Shown here piece after piece: positions 1-9,008 of a stretch of DNA of 64,000 nucleotides. Positions within the stretch are counted from its first letter, which is position 1. Each line of letters begins with the position of its first letter. Origin of the DNA: Candidatus Latescibacterota bacterium (GTDB taxonomy: Bacteria; Latescibacterota; UBA2968); the NCBI GenBank assembly GCA_965222605.1, contig OZ244960.1, positions 3,808,001 to 3,872,000 of the forward strand, read 5' to 3'. A program made the position numbers and the translations under genes. The notes beneath the pieces were generated by a model. That model did no database searches. It saw only the letters and a program-made list of their open reading frames with translations, and was not told the origin of the DNA.

Positions 1-480
1 ATCGCGTTGCTGATCAAGTCGGATGTGGGGCTTGAAGTGGCGTTTACCGAGACAGGTGGGTGGGATACGCATGTGCAGCAAGGCACAACGACTGGTTCTT
101 TCCAGCGCAGAGCCGTCGAGTTGTCGCAGTCCATAGGCGCGTTTTGGACGGATTTGGGCACGTATCAGGACGATGTGGTTCTGATGACGATGACGGAATT
201 TGGTCGCACGGTGCATCAGAATGGTTCTCTGGGTACGGATCACGGTCGCGGATCGTGTTTGTTTGTGCTGGGGAATAACGTGGCTGGTGGTAAGGTCCAC
301 GGGGACGTGCCAGAGCGGCTGGTGAAAGATGCGCTCGAAGATCGGCGCGATTTGCCCGTAACGACGGATTTCCGTTCTGTGTTTGCCGATGTGGCTGGTA
401 AGCATCTGAATATTGATCGCTCCCATGATAGCGCGATGTTCCCGGGTTGGGAAGGTGAGCGGTTTAAGTTGATGACGTAA
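1..480 (+). CDS. DUF1501 family protein, C-terminal part (5' truncated by window edge)
   Basis: Motifs GGWDTH, TEFGRT, NGSLGTDHG and TTDFRSV are typical of DUF1501. A DUF1800-like gene is adjacent. Confidence 0.85.
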   Translation: MALLIKSDVGLEVAFTETGGWDTHVQQGTTTGSFQRRAVELSQSIGAFWTDLGTYQDDVVLMTMTEFGRTVHQNGSLGTDHGRGSCLFVLGNNVAGGKVHGDVPERLVKDALEDRRDLPVTTDFRSVFADVAGKHLNIDRSHDSAMFPGWEGERFKLMT

Positions 481-554
481 AGCCATTATCGACCACTCAT
501 TTGAACTGCTGTACTGGCGTTGTGCAGCGTGTGTGCAGTTGTACACCGCTTTAG

Positions 555-596
555 AAAAAAAACTCGAGTGTCGAAGTGCGGCACTCGAGTTTTTTT
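555..596. terminator. Intrinsic (likely bidirectional) terminator
   Basis: A-tract + CTCGAGTGTCG / CGGCACTCGAG stem + T-tract downstream of the DUF1501 gene. Confidence 0.75.
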
Positions 597-609
597 AATT
601 TTTTATTAA

Positions 610-730
610 TGGATTGCGGCCCCGTATTACAACCTACGGGACATGCTTTAAGCCTGCCGCCACGCGAAGCACAACGCTAGTAATGACATCAGTTACTCGT
701 CACGCCTGCATGCCTTAAGCAGGCGTCCAG
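610..730. repeat. Cluster of REP-like palindromic elements
   Basis: GGATTGCGGC...CTGCCGC..AATGAC (610-687) and GTCACGCCTGC..GCAGGCGTCCAG (699-730). The first is related to the element at 4637-4691. Confidence 0.6.
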
Positions 731-836
731 AATGAGTTTTTTTTAACTTTTAATTCGCGCTGATAGCTACATACAGTTGCCTTTGATCTCTGTTCATCCG
801 TGTTCATCGGTGGTTGCTTTTTTAAGGAGGTTTGCA

Positions 837-2165
837 ATGACATTGCGCTTTGCACTAATTGTTTTGTGCTGCGTTGCGTTGCTTAGGGTGGCTCCGGCGG
901 ATGCTGAATTGCCCTACAAGGCGGAAGGGCTGAGTAAGGAGCAGGCTACAGCGTATCTTTTGGAACGCTTTGCTTTTGGTCCTCGACCTGGTGAAGTGGA
1001 AAAAGTGGCGCAGATGGGTCCCGAGAAGTGGCTGGCACAGCAGTTGGCGGGCAATTTGCCCGAGACTGAGTTGGACAAGCGATTGGAAGCGTTTCCCGCG
1101 TTGAAACTGACGCAGGCTGAAATGCAGGCAATCTATGTGCAGAATGGGCGGATTCGCAGAATACTGCAGAGAGAGGGAGTGATTGATGCCGCAAAGATGG
1201 ATCGCAAAGAGATGAATAAAAAGATAAGCGCATATCGCAAGAAGCACGGGTTGCGTGCTTATAACGCGCTTTACAATCAGGAGCTTCGGGGGCAAAAAGT
1301 GATGCGGGCGGTGTATAGCGAGAACCAGCTCACCGAGGTGTTGACGGGATGGGCGGCGATGCCTTATAACAATGCGCGGAAAAATCTCGAGAAGCAAATT
1401 GCAAAAGGAAGTAACAAAGTCATTCGCGAGGGCGAATTTGTGTTCCGCAGAGACTGGCATGATAAAAATGCCAAGGTGGTGTTGGGTGAGAAGTTCCCGG
1501 CGGCGGGTGGTATAGAAGAGGGCGAGCGCGTTCTGGATATGCTGACCAAACATCCTTCAACTGCGCATTTTATTTCGACTAAGTTGGCGCGTCGGTTTGT
1601 CAACGACAGTCCTCCCGAGGCTTTGATTGAGCGGATGGCGAATACATTCCGCAAGACAGATGGGGATTTGGCTGCTGTGATGGGTACGTTGGCGCAGTCT
1701 CCCGAGTTTTGGGCAGAGGCGAAGAAGCGCAGCAAGATGAAGTCGCCGTTTGAACTTGTGGTGAGTTCTCTTCGCGCGCTGGAAGCGGATGTGAAGAATC
1801 CGCAGCCGATGATGGGCTGGTTTGACCGCATGGGCGAGCCGTTGTATGGTTATTTGCCACCTACGGGTTATCCAGATTATGCCGAGTCGTGGGCAAATTC
1901 GGGCACGCTGATTGCGCGAATGAATTTCGGTGTTCATCTGGCTACGGGCAAAATTAGAGGGATTGAACTGAAGCGATTGTCGCGGGATAACGATGGTCTG
2001 ACAACGGATGAGGCATTGGCGGTTTATAGCAAGTTGCTGTTGCCGGCACAGGATACCAGTGCTATTGCGTCAGAGGTGAAAGAGACGATCCCCGCGGATG
2101 CCAAGCGTAAAGATATTCAGGTGGTTAGTATGTTGATAGGATCGCCGGAGTTTCAATACCGGTAG
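837..2165 (+). CDS. DUF1800 family protein with signal peptide; appears to lack the central conserved segment (possible in-frame deletion/pseudogene)
   Basis: AGGAGG RBS before ATG 837. LLERFAFGPRPG, HPSTAHFISTKLARRFV, KSPFE and LIGSPEFQYR are DUF1800-like. The usual FWxNHF...NENYARE block is absent (sequence reads SENQLTEVLT|GW). Confidence 0.75.
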   Translation: MTLRFALIVLCCVALLRVAPADAELPYKAEGLSKEQATAYLLERFAFGPRPGEVEKVAQMGPEKWLAQQLAGNLPETELDKRLEAFPALKLTQAEMQAIYVQNGRIRRILQREGVIDAAKMDRKEMNKKISAYRKKHGLRAYNALYNQELRGQKVMRAVYSENQLTEVLTGWAAMPYNNARKNLEKQIAKGSNKVIREGEFVFRRDWHDKNAKVVLGEKFPAAGGIEEGERVLDMLTKHPSTAHFISTKLARRFVNDSPPEALIERMANTFRKTDGDLAAVMGTLAQSPEFWAEAKKRSKMKSPFELVVSSLRALEADVKNPQPMMGWFDRMGEPLYGYLPPTGYPDYAESWANSGTLIARMNFGVHLATGKIRGIELKRLSRDNDGLTTDEALAVYSKLLLPAQDTSAIASEVKETIPADAKRKDIQVVSMLIGSPEFQYR

Positions 2166-2185
2166 ATAGATGCGCTGGTTCAAGT

Positions 2186-2221
2186 AAAAAACTCGGGTGC
2201 CAAAGGGCACTCGAGTTTTTT
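2186..2221. terminator. Bidirectional intrinsic terminator between convergent genes
   Basis: AAAAAACTCGGGTGCC-aaag-GGCACTCGAGTTTTTT; same sequence family as the hairpin at 555-596. Confidence 0.75.
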
Positions 2222-2292
2222 GCGTTTGCAGGGTTCTAAATCGGTTGTGTAAGTTGCGTGTGGCATTTGATTGTTCGTAGCGAAAATATAAT

Positions 2293-2319
2293 GTAGGGGA
2301 CGGTCCCCGTGCCGTCCCG
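2293..2319. repeat. GTAG-type REP-like palindrome
   Basis: GTAGGGGACGGTCCCCGTGCCGTCCCG: GTAG foot followed by a GC-rich imperfect hairpin. Confidence 0.55.
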
Positions 2320-2328
2320 TTGGTTTTA

Positions 2329-3828
2329 TTACCCCATCTCATCTATTCGTTCACATTTTTCATTGAGGCGCTGTTCGGCATCGGTGCCGCGCATTTGATG
2401 GGTGTGTGGGGAAATGCGAGGAGCTACGTTGGTGTATCCCCGGGCGTTTGGTCCTCTGTTTTTGGTTGTGCCTTCCAGTACTGTTTTGAGGTCGGCAATG
2501 TCGCCGCGCCAGGATAAGAGGGCGTGGCGCAGTTCGTTGCGGATTTCGAGATGGTCTGGATGGTCGTATAGATCGTTTTGTTCTTTGGGATCATTGAGGC
2601 GGTCAAAAAGACGGCCTTCGTCTTCTTCAAAGAAGTAGGTGAGTTTCCAGCGTTTGGTGGCGACGGCGCAGGATTTGTAGAGGGTGGCAACGGCGCAGCG
2701 GCGAGGAGATTGTTCGCCCCTGGCGAGTGGGGTGAAGAGGTCGAAGCCTTGCATGGAGGGGCATTCGGTGCCGGCAGCCGCGAGGAGGGTGGTGGTGATG
2801 TCGTTCCAGATGGCGAAGTCGCGCGTTTCTCCTTGCGGAAGTGTGCCGGGCATGCTCATGATAAAGGGGACGCGCCAGGATTCGTCGTGGAAGTTGTGTT
2901 TGTCATTAAAGCCGTGATCAAAGAATTGCTGTCCGTGATCGGATGTGAAGATGATCAGGGTGTTTTCCCGGAGGTTATTCTGGTCGAGGTAGTTCACGAT
3001 GCGACCGAGCAGGGCGTCGCAGTACGCGGCATACGCATAATAGATTTTGCGCAGTTCCATGATGGGGTCGCGATATTGCGGGTCGTAGATGCGGCCAATG
3101 GCTTCTCGCCAGTACCCGATATCATTTGGGTCTTCGCCTAGATGGCATTCGTTTTCGGGTTTGATGCCGAGCAGGCGTTTGGTGTGTGTGGGTTGGTTTT
3201 GTTCTTCGCGGTGGGTATAATTGAGGTCGGGCAGGTTGTCGCAGTTGTCATAAAAGGTGAGCCAGTCGCCTGGTGGACATTCGGGTGGATGCGGTGCAGA
3301 GAATGAGCAGAAGGCAAAAAAGGGACCCGAATCGCTATTAACTACTTTGTCGATTTGTTCGATGGTTTGTTTGGCGAAAAAGGTGTCGAGGAAGTGTTCT
3401 TCGGGTACGGGTGTGGGTTGTTTGTGACAGTCTTGAGGCGTGAATCCGTGTTTTGGGATGTATTCGCTATAATCGGCCTGGTCAATGATAATGTCGAAGG
3501 TGTCGGGGGTTTGACCAAAGTGTTGTTTGCCGACCATGATGTTGGTGTAGCCCTGTTCTTTGAGGAGGTCGGGAAGGGTTGAGAAGTGGGTGAGGCGGGT
3601 CATGCCGTTTTCCCACACGCCGTGTATGGGGGTGTGCAGGCCGGTGATGAGACTGCTGCGCGCGGGGTTGCATACCGGTGAGGGCGTGTGTCCCTGTGTG
3701 AACATCACGCCTTCGGCTGCGAGGCGATCTGCATGAGGTGAATGTGCAAATGGACTGCCCATGCAGTTGAGTGTGTCACAGCGTTGGGTGTCTGTTGTGA
3801 TGAGTACGAGGTTGGGTTGTCTGGTCAT
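2329..3828 (-). CDS. Sulfatase (formylglycine-dependent, Cys-type)
   Basis: PNLVLITTDTQR, CxPxR motif (VCNPARSSLITG), GKQH, FTSDHG. Confidence 0.9.
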   Translation of the reverse strand: MTRQPNLVLITTDTQRCDTLNCMGSPFAHSPHADRLAAEGVMFTQGHTPSPVCNPARSSLITGLHTPIHGVWENGMTRLTHFSTLPDLLKEQGYTNIMVGKQHFGQTPDTFDIIIDQADYSEYIPKHGFTPQDCHKQPTPVPEEHFLDTFFAKQTIEQIDKVVNSDSGPFFAFCSFSAPHPPECPPGDWLTFYDNCDNLPDLNYTHREEQNQPTHTKRLLGIKPENECHLGEDPNDIGYWREAIGRIYDPQYRDPIMELRKIYYAYAAYCDALLGRIVNYLDQNNLRENTLIIFTSDHGQQFFDHGFNDKHNFHDESWRVPFIMSMPGTLPQGETRDFAIWNDITTTLLAAAGTECPSMQGFDLFTPLARGEQSPRRCAVATLYKSCAVATKRWKLTYFFEEDEGRLFDRLNDPKEQNDLYDHPDHLEIRNELRHALLSWRGDIADLKTVLEGTTKNRGPNARGYTNVAPRISPHTHQMRGTDAEQRLNEKCERIDEMG

Positions 3829-3852
3829 AGAAGTTCTCCGGAAGGGGTTGGT

Positions 3853-4593
3853 ATGTCACTTTTAACAACGAAAGATAAAGCTTTTTTTAAGGAAAATGGC
3901 TATCTCATTCGGGACAATCTGTTGAATGAGGGTCAAATTCAACGAGCAGTTGATACACTTTGGAGTTATATTGAAGCAGATCGCAATGATCCGGAGACAT
4001 GGGTGGATGCTGGTCCGCGAAGTCCAGATTGTTGGGATCATCCGACAATTCGCGCGACGCTTTATGAGACGGATTTGTTTGCGATGTGCAGAGAATTGGC
4101 GGGCGATTTGAGCGATGATGCAGATCCTTGGACTATTCTGGTGTATCCGAGTGACAGCGATGAGTGGGCGATCAAGTTGCCTCATCTGGATGGATATAAT
4201 AAGGACGAGCAAGCAACCGTGGGATTTACGATTGGCGTGACGGTTTATCTCAATGATGTGGCTCCGCGTGGCGGAGGTTTTACACTGTGGCCGGGTAGTC
4301 ATAAGGCTGTTGCAGAGTTTTTCAAATCGCATTCCCTGTTGGGTCTCAATATGCATCATCCCGGCGGTATTGTCGAGCGCGATATGGGCCGCATTTTTGA
4401 TCTGAATGAACCTGTTGAGCTGGTCGGGCGAGCAGGTACTGCATGTATCTGGCACGGGTATATGGTCCACAGCGGTACGTCGAATTGCAGCGATCAGATA
4501 CGGATGGCACTGGTCAGTCGCATGAGTACAAGAAATTGGGATCTGTTGCAGTTTGAGACACCGGATGATATGTGGGAATATTGGGAAGTATGA
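3853..4593 (+). CDS. Phytanoyl-CoA dioxygenase (PhyH) family protein
   Basis: FFKENGYL start, HLD iron-binding motif, PGSH, distal HSG...N...R. Confidence 0.85.
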   Translation: MSLLTTKDKAFFKENGYLIRDNLLNEGQIQRAVDTLWSYIEADRNDPETWVDAGPRSPDCWDHPTIRATLYETDLFAMCRELAGDLSDDADPWTILVYPSDSDEWAIKLPHLDGYNKDEQATVGFTIGVTVYLNDVAPRGGGFTLWPGSHKAVAEFFKSHSLLGLNMHHPGGIVERDMGRIFDLNEPVELVGRAGTACIWHGYMVHSGTSNCSDQIRMALVSRMSTRNWDLLQFETPDDMWEYWEV

Positions 4594-4606
4594 AATGTGA
4601 ACAACT

Positions 4607-4691
4607 GTAGGGGCGAGGCATGCCTCGCCCCTAATCGTCATTGCGGCAGGGTGTAAGCCGCCACGCCGAAGGCACAACGCCAGTAATCCAG
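4607..4691. repeat. REP-like elements: perfect 26-bp GTAG-type palindrome plus a GTCATTGCGGC..GCCGC..AATCCAG element
   Basis: TAGGGGCGAGGCA/TGCCTCGCCCCTA is a perfect palindrome (4608-4633). The element at 4637-4691 is a reverse-oriented relative of 610-687. Confidence 0.65.
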
Positions 4692-4733
4692 TGGGGGTTG
4701 GGTAGTTGGTGAAGTGTGAAGGAGGATGTTATC

Positions 4734-5570
4734 ATGGATTTTGTAAAATTGAGCGATGAGCAGCGGGAGTTTTTTGATGCGGAAGGGTATCTGGTGGTGG
4801 AGAATGTTCTGGGGGCTGAGGAAGTTGCGCGGTTGACGGAAGCGTGTGATGAGATGATGGCGATTTACGATGATAAGGGAAGGGCGTACAAGCAGTTTCG
4901 AGACGGGATAGTGGAGAAGCCTGTATTTCGCTCTTTGATTGCACACTCGGGGACGGTGCCTCTGGTGATTCAACTTTTGAGTCCGGATATTCATTTGCAG
5001 AATACGGCGATTATTTACAAAGATCCGGAAGATGCCGAGACGACGGAGCCGATGCGTAGCTGGCATCGGGATATTGGGATTACGCAAGAGATTGGGCATG
5101 CGTATCAGCCGCGTGTTGGGATTAAGGTGTGTTATTGTTTGACGGATTTTCCAGGACCAGATTCGGGGATTACGCGGTTTGCGAGAAGAAGCCAGGTGCT
5201 CAATGAACCGCTGGGCATTCCAAGGGGAGAAGTCGATCCGCCCGAGGTGGTGCAGCCCGTATGTAAGGCGGGTGATGTGCTGTTTTTTGAGAATCGCATT
5301 TTTCACACGAAATCGCCAAATTTGAGCCACCGCACGTCCAGGGTGGTTATTTATGGGTATAGTTATAACTGGATTCAGAATGGATTTTATCTGGAGAATT
5401 TAGATAATGACGTGGTCGCAGATTTGACCGATATTGAGAAGCAGCTTCTGGATGTGCAGTTGAGTGATAATCCCAATTTGCGCGCGAGGCCAAATACCTA
5501 TCCGCTCACTGATTGGGCAGAGGAACACGGGGTGACGCCAGAGCAAATTCCCTGGACGGTTGAGGTTTAG
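4734..5570 (+). CDS. PhyH family dioxygenase
   Basis: GGAGG RBS; FFDAEGYLVVE, WHRD, AGDVLFFENRIFH. Confidence 0.85.
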   Translation: MDFVKLSDEQREFFDAEGYLVVENVLGAEEVARLTEACDEMMAIYDDKGRAYKQFRDGIVEKPVFRSLIAHSGTVPLVIQLLSPDIHLQNTAIIYKDPEDAETTEPMRSWHRDIGITQEIGHAYQPRVGIKVCYCLTDFPGPDSGITRFARRSQVLNEPLGIPRGEVDPPEVVQPVCKAGDVLFFENRIFHTKSPNLSHRTSRVVIYGYSYNWIQNGFYLENLDNDVVADLTDIEKQLLDVQLSDNPNLRARPNTYPLTDWAEEHGVTPEQIPWTVEV

Positions 5571-5583
5571 AGATAGGAGGATT

Positions 5584-6510
5584 ATGGCAATGCGCGTTGG
5601 GAGATGGATTTTATGCTTCATTTTAATCGGGGCAACAGGTGTATATGCTCAGGATACTGAGCGAAAAAGGACGCCGCCCACGCTCGAGAATGTGGCTTAT
5701 GGACCTTATGAGCGGAATGTGCTGGATTTTTGGAGGGCAGAGTCGGACGCGCCAGCACCTGTTTTGATTTTTATTCACGGGGGTGGATTTGTCGGCGGCA
5801 ATAAAAGGAGTATTCGCGGTAATGTGGTTGTTAAAGCTTGTTTGGAAAAGGGCGTTTCATTTGCGGCGATTAACTATCGGTTCAGATCTACTGCGCCTAT
5901 ACAGGATATTTTGCGCGATGCAGCGCGTGCGGTGCAGTTTATCAGATATAATGCCGAGGCGTGGCATGTCGATCCCAAACGCATCGCTTCTTATGGTGGT
6001 TCTGCCGGTGCGGGGACTTCGATGTGGCTGGCGTTTCACGATGATGTGGCCGATCCCGATAGTGAAGATCCCGTGCTTCGCCAGTCTTCGCGTATTGTGG
6101 CGGCGGGATCTCGCAATGGACAGTTTTCCTATGATCTTTTGAAATGGGAATCTGTGCTCGGCGTGCCTGCTGAGAATTTTTATCCCAGGGATGCCTCGTT
6201 TTACGGTCTGGCGACATATAGTGAAACTGAGACTGAAAAGGGTAAGCAAATTCGGGCGGATGTGGATATGCGCGGGTTGATTACAAAAGACGATCCTCCT
6301 GTGTTTTTGTTTTCTGGTCAAAAGGGTGGGGTACCTCAAAATCGCGGTCATTATGTTCATCATCCCAAACATGCAATTGCGATCAAAGAGCGGTGCGGTG
6401 AAGCTGGTGTTGAGGTGGAAATGTATTTGCCAAAGATGGGGTCGCCTCCGCCGGGGAATGCAAATCAGGCGATGCTAACTTTCTTTTTTAAGCATCTGAA
6501 AGTTGAGTAA
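5584..6510 (+). CDS. Secreted alpha/beta hydrolase (HGGG-type esterase/lipase, BD-FAE-like)
   Basis: Signal peptide; IHGGGF oxyanion motif; GGSAG nucleophile elbow. Confidence 0.85.
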   Translation: MAMRVGRWILCFILIGATGVYAQDTERKRTPPTLENVAYGPYERNVLDFWRAESDAPAPVLIFIHGGGFVGGNKRSIRGNVVVKACLEKGVSFAAINYRFRSTAPIQDILRDAARAVQFIRYNAEAWHVDPKRIASYGGSAGAGTSMWLAFHDDVADPDSEDPVLRQSSRIVAAGSRNGQFSYDLLKWESVLGVPAENFYPRDASFYGLATYSETETEKGKQIRADVDMRGLITKDDPPVFLFSGQKGGVPQNRGHYVHHPKHAIAIKERCGEAGVEVEMYLPKMGSPPPGNANQAMLTFFFKHLKVE

Positions 6511-6524
6511 TAAAGGAGGTTGTT

Positions 6525-7415
6525 GTGGCATTCAAGGTATTGACAGATGGACAGGCGGCGCATTTTGTCGAGAAGGGGTATGTGAAGCTGGAGGGGTGTT
6601 TTGAGAAGGCGGAAATTCAGGATTGGCTCGATCTGGCATACGTGCGATTGGGGTATGATAGGGATGATCCTTCTACCTGGGAAGAAGAGCGGATTCACAT
6701 GCCGTCGATGAACCGGCGGGCAGTTGCCGAATTGGCGCCAAAGGCATGGGAGGGAATATGCGATGTGATGGGTGGGGCAGAGCGTATCAAGGGAGAACCT
6801 TCGTGGGGGGATGGGTTTATTATTAATTTTAATAAGGATGCCGATGATCCCTGGGCTCCGTCGGCAAAGCGCGGGGGATGGCACAAGGATGGAAATTTTT
6901 TCCGGCATTTTTTGGATAGTCCAGAGCAGGGTCTGTTGACGGTGGTCGTTTGGGATGATGTGTTGCCAAATAGCGGCGGTACGTATCTGGCACCGGATTC
7001 GGTTCCCAAAGTTGCGAAGTTTCTGTACGATCATCCCGAAGGTCTGGAACCCGGCGGGTTTGGGAAGATGATTGAGGGATGTGAGGAGTTTGTGGAAGCG
7101 ACGGGTAATGCGGGTGATGTGTATCTCATTCATCCGTATATGTTGCATTCTGCCGCGCCAAATCCTTCGGGACGACCACGGATTATTACGAATCCGCCGG
7201 TTGCGTTTGTGGAGCCTATGAATTTCAATCGCGAGAATCCCGATGAGTTTTCACTGGTGGAAAGAGTCGTGTTGAAGGCGCTAAGTGTCGAGCGATTGGA
7301 TTATCGTATTACAGGTGAACGAGAGGGGTATTACACGGAGTTTCGCCGCGAACGAGAGCGGATGCTGGTGGAGCAGAAGGCGCGTTTGGCGGGGCTTGAA
7401 AAGGAGGTTGTATGA
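6525..7415 (+). CDS. PhyH family dioxygenase
   Basis: FVEKGYVKL, WHKD, AGDVYLIHPYMLH. Confidence 0.85.
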   Translation: MAFKVLTDGQAAHFVEKGYVKLEGCFEKAEIQDWLDLAYVRLGYDRDDPSTWEEERIHMPSMNRRAVAELAPKAWEGICDVMGGAERIKGEPSWGDGFIINFNKDADDPWAPSAKRGGWHKDGNFFRHFLDSPEQGLLTVVVWDDVLPNSGGTYLAPDSVPKVAKFLYDHPEGLEPGGFGKMIEGCEEFVEATGNAGDVYLIHPYMLHSAAPNPSGRPRIITNPPVAFVEPMNFNRENPDEFSLVERVVLKALSVERLDYRITGEREGYYTEFRRERERMLVEQKARLAGLEKEVV

Positions 7416-7503
7416 ATTGATGCACAGATGTGGTATCATGGTGATGGGATTGGGAGAGGGGTTTCCCGTTCACACAGAGTTTTGAAAAGAGGAGCGTGTT
7501 GTT

Positions 7504-8358
7504 ATGGACGCGAGATGTTTGGATTATTGCGTGACGGAAGAGGAGCGGTTGAAGTTTGAGCGCGATGGGTTTTTGATAATTGAAGATGTGTTGCCAGAGG
7601 ATCTGGTAGATGAGTTGGTTCCCGTTGTAGATCGGGTGGATGGCGCGCATCGGGAGCGAGAGGGCATGGGGCCAGATAAGCGGTCCAATATGCTGGATTT
7701 TATCGGCCATGACGATTTGTTTTTGGAATTGCTCGATTGGTACAAGACATTTCCAAAGGTATGGGGGTTGCTGAATTGGAATATTCAGCTTTACCATTCT
7801 CACATGATTGTGACGCCTCCTGTTGGTCCTGGAAAATCGCTTGAGAAGGATGGACCGGGGCTTGGGTTTCACCAGGATAGCGGTCGCCTCAATCTCGATA
7901 TTGAGACGAGTCCGCGTCCGAGGATTTCGCTGAAGGTGGCGTTCTTTTTGTCGGATGCCTCACAACCCGGTCGCGGGAATTTTGTTGTGGCTCCCGGTTC
8001 GCATCTGGGCAATGTGTTTCCGGGCGAAAGTCGCTCAGAAATGCCCGAGGGCGGTATGCAGGTGTGTGTGCCGAAAGGCAGTGCGGTTATTTTTGATCGG
8101 CGTATCTGGCATTCGAGCAGTACCAATTATTGGGATTCGCCCAGGCGAACGCTGTTTTACGGCTATAGCTATCGCTGGTTGCGGCCCCGCGATAATATGA
8201 CGGTGGATCACTTTTTGGAGCGTTGCGATCCCATTCGCCAGCAGTTGTTGGGGGCGAGTCCTTCGGGTGGTTTTGGCTATACGTCGCCCAAACCCCAAGA
8301 TGTGCCTTTGAAGACGTGGATCGAAGCGCATGTGGGTGAAAAAGCGGTGGCGGCTTAA
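7504..8358 (+). CDS. PhyH family dioxygenase
   Basis: FERDGFLIIE, FHQD, PGSH, FDRRIWH. Confidence 0.85.
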   Translation: MDARCLDYCVTEEERLKFERDGFLIIEDVLPEDLVDELVPVVDRVDGAHREREGMGPDKRSNMLDFIGHDDLFLELLDWYKTFPKVWGLLNWNIQLYHSHMIVTPPVGPGKSLEKDGPGLGFHQDSGRLNLDIETSPRPRISLKVAFFLSDASQPGRGNFVVAPGSHLGNVFPGESRSEMPEGGMQVCVPKGSAVIFDRRIWHSSSTNYWDSPRRTLFYGYSYRWLRPRDNMTVDHFLERCDPIRQQLLGASPSGGFGYTSPKPQDVPLKTWIEAHVGEKAVAA

Positions 8359-8696
8359 GATGATTGTGTCTGCAGGATATCAGCGAGTGTATCGGTTGTC
8401 CATTGATTGATGCTTTTTCCGCTGACTTCAGCAGCTATGGCAATTGCTGCGTGAACTTCTGGTGGAAGGCGCAACATCAGATTTCCAGAATAGGGCTTTT
8501 GTGGAGGGCGATTTAATTTTTCACAGGTTTCGAGATAATCCTCTACGGCTTCTTCAAAAGCGGTACGCAGTTGTGCCACTGAATCGCCATGGAAACCTAC
8601 GATATCGTTAATGCCCGCTATGTGACCAATAAAGCAATGGTCTTCATCGCTGTATTCAATGCGAGCCGCACATCCTTTATGTGTCATAGTATTCAT
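8355..8696 (-). CDS. hicB: Type II TA antitoxin HicB
   Basis: ARIEYSDED..FIGHIAGINDIVGFHG, AVEDYLETC..PQKPYSG..LRLPPEVH (RNase-H-like + RHH); overlaps hicA. Confidence 0.92.
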   Translation of the reverse strand: MNTMTHKGCAARIEYSDEDHCFIGHIAGINDIVGFHGDSVAQLRTAFEEAVEDYLETCEKLNRPPQKPYSGNLMLRLPPEVHAAIAIAAEVSGKSINQWTTDTLADILQTQSS

Positions 8697-8947
8697 GGTG
8701 TTATTCCCGCTTGTAGTAGAAAGCGTTTGGCATCACGCACTTGATATGGCTTTGCCTCTTTCTGGGGATGAGGACGATGAAAAGTAGCGACAACGCGATT
8801 CAGTTCAAATCTCACGCGCGAACCTCTGCCTTCAATAGTTCTGGCTCCAAGTGCTTTGAAAAGGGATTCGATACGCCGCCATTCCAATGTGGAGGGAACG
8901 GGCGTTCTGAAGATATCGTTTAAGGTGTTCTGGTGACGTCTGTTCAT
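8693..8947 (-). CDS. hicA: Type II TA toxin HicA
   Basis: 84 aa; EGRGSRVRF..FHRPHPQKEAKPYQV signature. Confidence 0.92.
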   Translation of the reverse strand: MNRRHQNTLNDIFRTPVPSTLEWRRIESLFKALGARTIEGRGSRVRFELNRVVATFHRPHPQKEAKPYQVRDAKRFLLQAGITP

Positions 8948-8954
8948 TGTTTAG

Positions 8955-8983
8955 ATGATAGCAGAATATGATATCATTGACAA
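8955..8983 (-). promoter_or_regulatory. hicAB promoter (probably leaderless) with overlapping operator
   Basis: Minus strand reads TTGTCA-17nt-TATCAT, then 7 nt to the hicA ATG with no SD. TGATAGCA-N5-TGATATCA dyad overlaps the promoter. Confidence 0.55.
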
Positions 8984-9008
8984 GTGTTTTGTATAGAGGG
9001 AGTGTATC

